The notes under the pieces: generated by a model
Databases searched by the model: none
The model's input: the letters and a program-made list of their open reading frames with translations, nothing else
What the model was told of the DNA's origin: nothing
Assembly: GCF_009914755.1 (NCBI RefSeq)
Contig: NC_060933.1
Length of the DNA: 64,000 nt
Direction: 5' to 3' (one strand)
Source of the DNA: the human T2T-CHM13v2.0 reference genome, Homo sapiens
Translations under genes and position numbers: made by a program
Shown here: positions 55,946 through 64,000 of the stretch, piece by piece
How the letters are laid out: the number at the start of each line of letters is the position of its first letter
Numbering within the stretch: position 1 is the first letter of the stretch

Positions 55946-58900
55946 CTAAATGCAAATGAAAATGAGAGTATCAGCAACAAGCAGTTAACATTTCTGCTGA
56001 TACGAAATGCATAACAGAAATAAAAGTAAGTTTAAAATACACAAAAAAGTAGGTCTTTAAAAAAACTTTCTAAGATTTTAATAGTGCAGTTTTATTTAAA
56101 AAGTATCTGCAGGGTGGGGGTAGGTGACATCAAAGAAAGTGATGGTTTATTATAATATCTGGGCTTTACAGCATAAAACATCGATAGGTTTTCAAACATA
56201 AACAGTAGGTTTCAAACATCTTTTTGGAAAATCAGCAACTGCCTACTTATAACAATTACTTATTTAATGACAAAATACTATTCTTCTCATAAGTGTATTT
56301 CTAGCTGGTATAAATTTGGCAAATACCAAGTTAATTTGATGAGTAAGTTAACCCAAACTAACTATTTAGATAAAATTACTTCAGGTTTAAATTTGGAGCT
56401 TAGTGGGTTTAGCCAAATAAACACATTATTATGACTTCATTATACTCAATGAAATGAGTATAGCCCCAACTGTCAAACCTTCATATAATGCACAGAAATT
56501 AAAGTGCTTGTTTTTACAAACATATGTAAAATATTTTTCACAAAACAGAATTTTTTATAAATTATTTTTGCAGCTAACTGAGTTATTCCTAGAAGCGATA
56601 TTTGATTGTGCCTAATTCCCCAGCAGTGCTCATTAAAACCTCTTTAAAAATGCTTTAAGTAAGAAGCCACTAAGTAATTCTTTCTTCTTTAAAAATAAAA
56701 AAAACAGAAAGTTTCAAACAAGAAACAAATATATCATGTATACATGTATCATAACATTACATTGTACCCTACAATGTAATTTGTATTATTTGTCAATTAA
56801 ACATAAAATTAAATTTTAAAAAATAATTTTAAACACTTAAAAAATCAAACAAGGAAAAAAATTAAATCACCATGATCTTTTTGCCTGGTTAATATCCATT
56901 GATATGAAAAGAAAAGTAGGAAACAAAATTAGCAACACATTCGGGCAGATAGCTGTTAAATTTAATTTTATTTATTTTGCCTATGTCTTTTCAAAATTCA
57001 GATCTATTTCTCTGCTTTTCCAGACTAGATATGGTGAACATAATTTGTCTATTTTTAAAGGATTTCCCTCTACTAATAACAGTATTTTGCTGCTGTCTGA
57101 TGCAATGATGATTTCTAGGCCTTCTTAGATATATAAGGCTCTTTGCCCCTCCACTGAATGGCCTTAGACCGCTGGATTGGGTTTTGTGACTTGGCTCTGA
57201 CCTCATTATTGACTCTCAGCTCCTGTCTGACAGTTACAGCAGGTATGATGAGGCATCTCCTCTCCTCCCCTCCCCAACACATCCAACACGCTCACTCTAA
57301 AGCGCTGTAGGCTTAGAACACACAATATGAAACTTGGGTTAAATATAAGCTGAGGGAGGGCTTGAGGGACTGTCCCAGTCACTATGACATTTTGTACAGA
57401 GCATGAGAGACTAGGATTCTACTTCCTGATTACCCCTTAATTCCCTGACTGAATTCCCTAATTCTCTTATTGAACTAATTTGCTTACTGAAATTCCCTAA
57501 CTTTGCAGCCTCAACTTCAGCATCAGGATATAATGGGTTTTATTCAAGGATATTTAACATCTTCTCTAGCTTGAAGATTCCTGAAGCTGTCTTTAAAACA
57601 AACTTGGTAAAATCCATTTTAGCTGCCCAAGTACAATTTCGGTTTTCTTTTTGACTCTCCAGAAAGCAAGAAGTTCCAAAAGAGTGAGATGGGAAGATAG
57701 CTCTGCTTCAAGACAGGTAAAATGTTAAGAGCATAGTTATTCGCAAAAGAAACATTTAGGTATTCATATGTTTATTATTTTAGAAAAATATCACTCCTTT
57801 TATTTTATGCTCACATACATATAAAATGTGGTGGGTATTATCTGTATAGGTGTATATATGGATATAAAATTATAAATAGGTACACATACACAAATATTTG
57901 TAGTATAGAATTAGAAACAGAAGCTTTAATTTTTCTGGCTATAGAAATAAACATCTACTTCTCTGAAAATTTTTGATTAAGTATAGGTAGACTTCAGGGT
58001 AACTCTAAGGATAGGCCAGCAGGGGTTCCAGACACTCCTGCGGGAAAACAAAATGGCTTCATAGATAATGCTCTATAATAATATAATTACCAAATGTACA
58101 ATGACTGCCTGAGGAAATGAGCAGATGAGATTACAACATGTAAATTCAAGAAGTGCATAATCTAGGAGTCTGGCTCCTTTGACTTAGAAAAATAATAAAA
58201 CACCACTGGGGAGGAAAGAAGACTAGAGATAAAGATTAAGTTGAGTTAGCAATCTGGTTAGGGACAAAGGATAAAGCAAAATTTGCTGTCCTTGTGGAAA
58301 TATGGGTGTTGTGAATGACCCTCTGTAAAGGACTTTCAGAAATATTTGTTAAATGAATGTATCTATAAACTAGGAATTTGATCATACCTTAGGTTCGCCT
58401 TGAAAGGTTAGTTTGATTCAAATCCAGAGGAAACTTAGGATCCATAATTTAATAAAAATCTTATATGTGTTTGCAGTGAGAGAAAAACAATTATTAACAC
58501 ATAATTTTGAAAATCTACTTTGGGTTACCTCAAAACATAGTTAAAATAGACATACTTGTCAGTACACCTATGATGAGAAACCTGCTATACTTAGGGGACC
58601 TGTTTTAGAGAGTATAAGGATGAAAAACTAAATTCTATCTCTTTCATTTACTTCCTTGTATACCTGTGAGCAAGTGATTTCGCTTCCTTGAACCTCTTTT
58701 TAAAATAAATCCATAAACTGTAGATAAGAGAAGTGATGGAAGGATCCAATAAGCTAATGCATGTGAAACAATTTCATATACTATAAATATAAAAGTAAGA
58801 CATTATTGACAAGGAGGCATGTAGAACTACAGTCAGGCTAATATAAAAGGGTCATGGGTGAAGGTGCTTAAAACCAAGCTGCAGATGAAATCTTAGATTA

Positions 58901-59929
58901 AGTGCATGAGAAAGTATCTATGCTTTTAAATTAATTTAGGCCTTAAGTTTATTATTGTGATGATCGAATGGTACAGTATTCATAGATACGTGAAGAACTC
59001 ATTGCTACTCACCAATAGAACCTAGTCACAATTATTAATAGATGGAACAATAAAATGAAAACAAAAGATGATGGGAGACTGATGTAGGTTTGTCAACATG
59101 AGGGCATCGACAATGTTATAAGTTGCTATTATTTCATAAAAAGTAGTTTTTGACAATAAAAAGCTAGACTATTATAATCTCAGAATAAAGAACAGTCCTT
59201 TAAAAAAACACACTTGGCAATGTGACACCACCATCCATGACTGAATGGAAAGATATTTCTCAATACTTACTGTCCTTATTTTTCTCATACATTAAGAACC
59301 AATGAAAGCTTCATTATAGACCAGTTACTTGCATTGGCCTTTAAGAACCATTGGAAGATGAACAAAAGATAGCTTCTAAACTTCAAGGTGGGAAGTTCTG
59401 TTCATCTACATTTTATCAACAAATCCCAGCAATCACCTAACCTTGATAACTTTGGCTGGAGTATAACTACTCTTTCCCTTAATTTTGTAAGCAGAGACAC
59501 CATAGTATTCTCCCTTTTGTTGCATACTGCAATCATCTTCTTGCTAGTTTAGATAGCTTTTGATCAACATCAAAGCCCTTTCCTCAAGGAGAAAAAAAGA
59601 CCAATACCACTACTTCTACTGGAGCTTTCAGTGCATTACGACAAACTAAATGACATCTAGTTAAGATGTCATTTTAACAGCTTAACCATCTTAATGACGG
59701 AAGAATGTCTTATTTGTTCTTTAACATGTAGCACTAAGGAAATATATGTATTTAAAGCAATTATTATTTGTAAAAATTTTAATATTTTATCTTATTTGAT
59801 ACCACCAACTTATCAACCAAAAAAACCCTGAAAGCCACTGATTAACCTCTCTGGTGACTCTACTCACAGTTAAAACATGAAATACACCAGTAGAGAAAAA
59901 GGTGGTTTAACTAGTTTTTGAACACACTT

Positions 59930-61345
59930 TTAAAACATTTTATTCGCTTTTAAAAAAATCTGGGTATAATTTACATATAATAAAATGAATAGATTTTTAA
60001 ATATTCAATTTGATGAATTTTGCCAATTGTATATACATCTATTTAATAACCACTTACAATAAGACATTGAACACTTCTCTTACTTTAGAACGTTACCTCG
60101 TGCTATTTTCTAGTCATTCCACAATCTTACCAAAGACAACAATTTTTTATTTCTAACAACATAGATTATATTATCTTATTTATATAAATGCAATCATATA
60201 ATAAGTATTCTTTTGTGTAGGGCTGCTTTCTCTCTATGTTCCATTTTTGATTTATCTACATTGTTGGACGCTTCAGTATTTTATTCCATCACTTATAAAA
60301 TAATTTATCAAAAATTTATTCTCTTGCTGATGGAGAAAATATCAAGTATTTCTAAACATCAATAACAAAAAACAAATGACCCAAATTAGTATTATTATGA
60401 ATAAAGTTATTATACAATATTTTTATGAAGCTTTTTTAGTATATATTTTTATTTCTTTTAGTTAAATACCTAGGAGTAGAATATGTTAGGTCATAGGGTA
60501 GATGCATATAACTTTATAAGAAACTGTAAGACAGTTCTACAAAGTGATTGTACCATTTTACACTTCTACCAGCAACACATGAGAATTCTATTTGCTCTGC
60601 ATCTTTAGCAACATGTGGTATTGTCCACCATGGAATACTATGCAGCCATAAAAAAGAACAAGATTATGTCCTTTGCAGGGACATGGAGGGAGCTGGGGGT
60701 CATTATCTGTAGCAAACTAATGCAGGAACAGAAAACCAAATGCTGCATGTTCTCATAAGTGAGAGCTACATGATGAGAACACATGGACACATAGAGGGGA
60801 ACAACGCACACTGGGGTCTATTGGAGTTTGGAAAGTGAGAGGAGGAAGAAGATCAGGAAAAATCACTAATGAGTAATAGGCTTAATACCTGGATGTTGAA
60901 ATAATCTCTACAACAAACCCCATGACATACCATTTACCCAGGTAACAAGCCTGCACATTTACCCCTGAACTTAAAATAAAAGTTTAAAAATTAAAAACAA
61001 ATTTGGATTGTCATATTTATACTTCAAACTATTCTAGTAGGTGTGAAGTGGTATTTCATTGTGGTTTTCATTTTCATTTACCTAATATCTAACGGTTTTG
61101 AGCAGCTTTTCATTTATTTATTGACCAACTGGACATCTACTCTTGCGAAGACTCCAAATCATTTATTATTGTTTGAATCGTCATTTTGTCATTGATTTGT
61201 TGAAGTTGTTTGTATTTTCTGGGTTTAAGACCTTTATCAGGTTTATGATTTGAGAACAGCTTTTTCTGAATATGGTTTGCTCTTTCATTTTCTTAATGGA
61301 GTCTTTAGATGTGTATAACTTTTTAAATTTTATGAAGTACGAGAT
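59930..61345 (-). mobile_element. Old L1M 3' region, interrupted at ~60626-61000
   Basis: ataatttacatataataaaatgaatagattttt..., taaatacctaggagtagaat..., ctagtaggtgtgaagtggtatttcattgtgg. Confidence 0.75.
60626..60999 (+). mobile_element. Truncated L1PA (PA13-like) 3' end inserted in the opposite orientation
   Basis: caccatggaatactatgcagcc...gaacttaaaataaaagtt; degenerate TSD tggtattgtc / tggattgtc. Confidence 0.85.
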
Positions 61346-61823
61346 CAGATCAATAATAACCAGAGACTTCCCTAGTCTCAATTTCCAGCCATAGGGCATA
61401 TTAGTCTAATTGTGTTGTTTAGATAATATCCAGATTGGCAAACAAAAAGGAGGGTCAGGGATAGGTACATATGCATTTTTAAAGTCCTTCTGGACTACAT
61501 ACATTGGTTGTCATTCTCTGACCATAAGTTATCCTTTATTGAATGTTCTTTTACCCAGTGAGCCTTTGTCTTACTTGCCCAGCTTTATAATCATTGCTAT
61601 ATAATCGCATTGCTAGAGGCCCGACGTTATAAGGCTTTTCATTACTATATACTTTCAATTAAATGGGCAGGAATTCTTATCACATAAAAAAAGAAACTGC
61701 AATGCTGCTGACTCAGAAAATCTCCTTCTGATTTCCTCACAAAGACTGAGATAGGAAAAGAAAATAAAAGAAAAAGAAACATGGCAATGGTGCAGCTTTA
61801 ACAGAAAAGAGCTCAGTCAAATA

Positions 61824-61878
61824 TTAGGTTGGTGCAAAAGTAATGGCAAAAACTGCAAGTACTTTTGCACCAACCAAA
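61824..61878. mobile_element. MADE1 (Hsmar1-derived MITE), internally deleted
   Basis: TA|ttaggttggtgcaaaagtaat ... acttttgcaccaaccaaa|TA; 55 bp versus the ~80-bp consensus. Confidence 0.9.
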
Positions 61879-62065
61879 TACATTATCAAGGCCCATCACA
61901 AATCCATTCTGAACTAGGGAACTCCCTCAGGGCTCCTAAAACAAAGCCAGGCAGATATTAGGCACTCAATACTTGTTGAATGAATGAAGCAGCTCTCCGC
62001 TTCCATGAGCAAATAGAGAAATAGAGAAAAGAAAACACCAATCAAATGTGCAATAGGGTGCCTTA

Positions 62066-62203
<138 letters not shown>

Positions 62204-62579
62204 TCATATCATAATGGTCTTTACAATCTGGAGTTGGTTCAGCATAAGGAGTCCTACGAGTTCCCTAACTTCAGTCAAGTAGTTTGGTTACCACAAAGGG
62301 AGTCAGCCCTAATCCCAATTCTCCATCTTGAGAAATACAATGGCTTCTTACAGAAAACACTACCACAGTCAGCAACGTTTCATTGTTACAACTTTGACAC
62401 TCTGATAACTGAACAAAATAAGTAAACATCTTCTTAAATGGTATTGATTTAACTAACATATTTTGTGATTTTTAAAAAGCCACTTTGGGCCATTTTTTCC
62501 TCTTGGCCTTCAAGTTGTTAACAATGGCAGGAAGATGTAGCATGGGTTGAGTCATGCACCAAATGGTTCCCCTCTATTA

Positions 62580-62804
<225 letters not shown>

Positions 62805-62974
62805 TTAAGGAAAGTTGCTCACACATTCACCTCCTTTGGGTCTTCATTCGTTGGGAAGCATTTGTGTTGGGTCAACTATCCCCCCAACCTTGGAGGCTAT
62901 TTTGTGAATTAAGTGTGTTTCTGGCCCAGCAAACAACTTGTTATAAGGTGAGTAAGAAGGAACAAAGATTTTCA

Positions 62975-63223
<249 letters not shown>

Positions 63224-63394
63224 TCAGTCAAAGCAAAAAGATAAGAGGATTTGTTTCTCTGAACACCCAAGCCTCTAATTTCAAAACAATTTTTTAAGAG
63301 AAATGTATAAATATAAAAAATATAAAATAATAGCTTCATTAAATACTTGCATCCATAAATATAAGAAATTTAGCAATTCTGTGACTACACTTAC

Positions 63395-63442
63395 ATTATA
63401 GATGATGTCTGTTCCATTTCTATAAACAGAGGATGGACGAAC
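63395..63442 (-). CDS. FREM1: FREM1 coding exon (48 nt); gene continues beyond the right edge
   Basis: aatttcag|GTT...AAT|gtaagt; VRPSSVYRNGTDIIYN; phase 0/0. Confidence 0.88.
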
Positions 63443-64000
63443 CTGAAATTGACAGAGAACAAAATATGAACAGAATTGGATTGACTAATAACTAGCAATA
63501 GGGTAAAACCACCAAGTAAGATCTTGCTAATGTCTGAACAATTACAAAACATATGTAATCTTAAGATTTCCCACGCCCAAATCATTGGAATTTCAAAAAT
63601 CACTAGGCCTAATCAGAATTTATGATTGTTGTGTGGATTCACACATACAGAGTTCCAGTCAGGGAAAAAGTACATCTTTATTTTTTGGTATATCTATAGT
63701 ACACAGGTCCAAGAACACACACACACACGCGTGTGCACATATGAGAGTATGCAACGGTTAGAATGCTGTGTTAATAAGGTCAAAGCCATGGCTTCCACAC
63801 CCAATCGCATCATTTCATCTCACTCTATTTCAGGGTCATGGATCATTCCCTATTTGTCTTGGTCACAAAAGGAATCAAAGAAGAAATCATATGGATGAAT
63901 CAGCATATCTATCACCTCAGTACAATTAAAGAAGCAAGGCAGCCTCAAGATCTTTGTATACAGAAGGCACTGCATAACTGTGCAAGGAACCATGGCCCCC

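Overview
Primate, almost certainly human, genomic DNA from the ZDHHC21-CER1-FREM1 interval (9p22.3); all three genes are on the minus strand. The window holds the CpG-island promoter and first two non-coding exons of what synteny indicates is ZDHHC21 (~9140 leftwards), the complete two-exon CER1 coding sequence (38380-35798, 267 aa), and the last six coding exons plus 3' UTR of FREM1 (C-type lectin domain; terminal intron is GC-AG). The rest is dominated by transposon fossils: a young L1PA 3' segment, an 8.3-kb old L1MA with four nested insertions, many Alus, MER/Tigger/MADE1 DNA elements, MIR/L2 and LTR remnants. No RNA gene, CRISPR array or new protein-coding system is supported. The most unusual structure is in ZDHHC21 intron 1: a ~180-200 bp inverted repeat (~94% identical, 1143-bp spacer, no recognisable transposon) whose promoter-proximal arm has a perfect 136-bp tandem duplication. 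Also notable are a ~47-bp x5 minisatellite upstream of the promoter, several template-switch-like palindromes, and apparent non-reference missense alleles in CER1 and FREM1. Repeat subfamily names and reference-protein comparisons are from memory and need verification.
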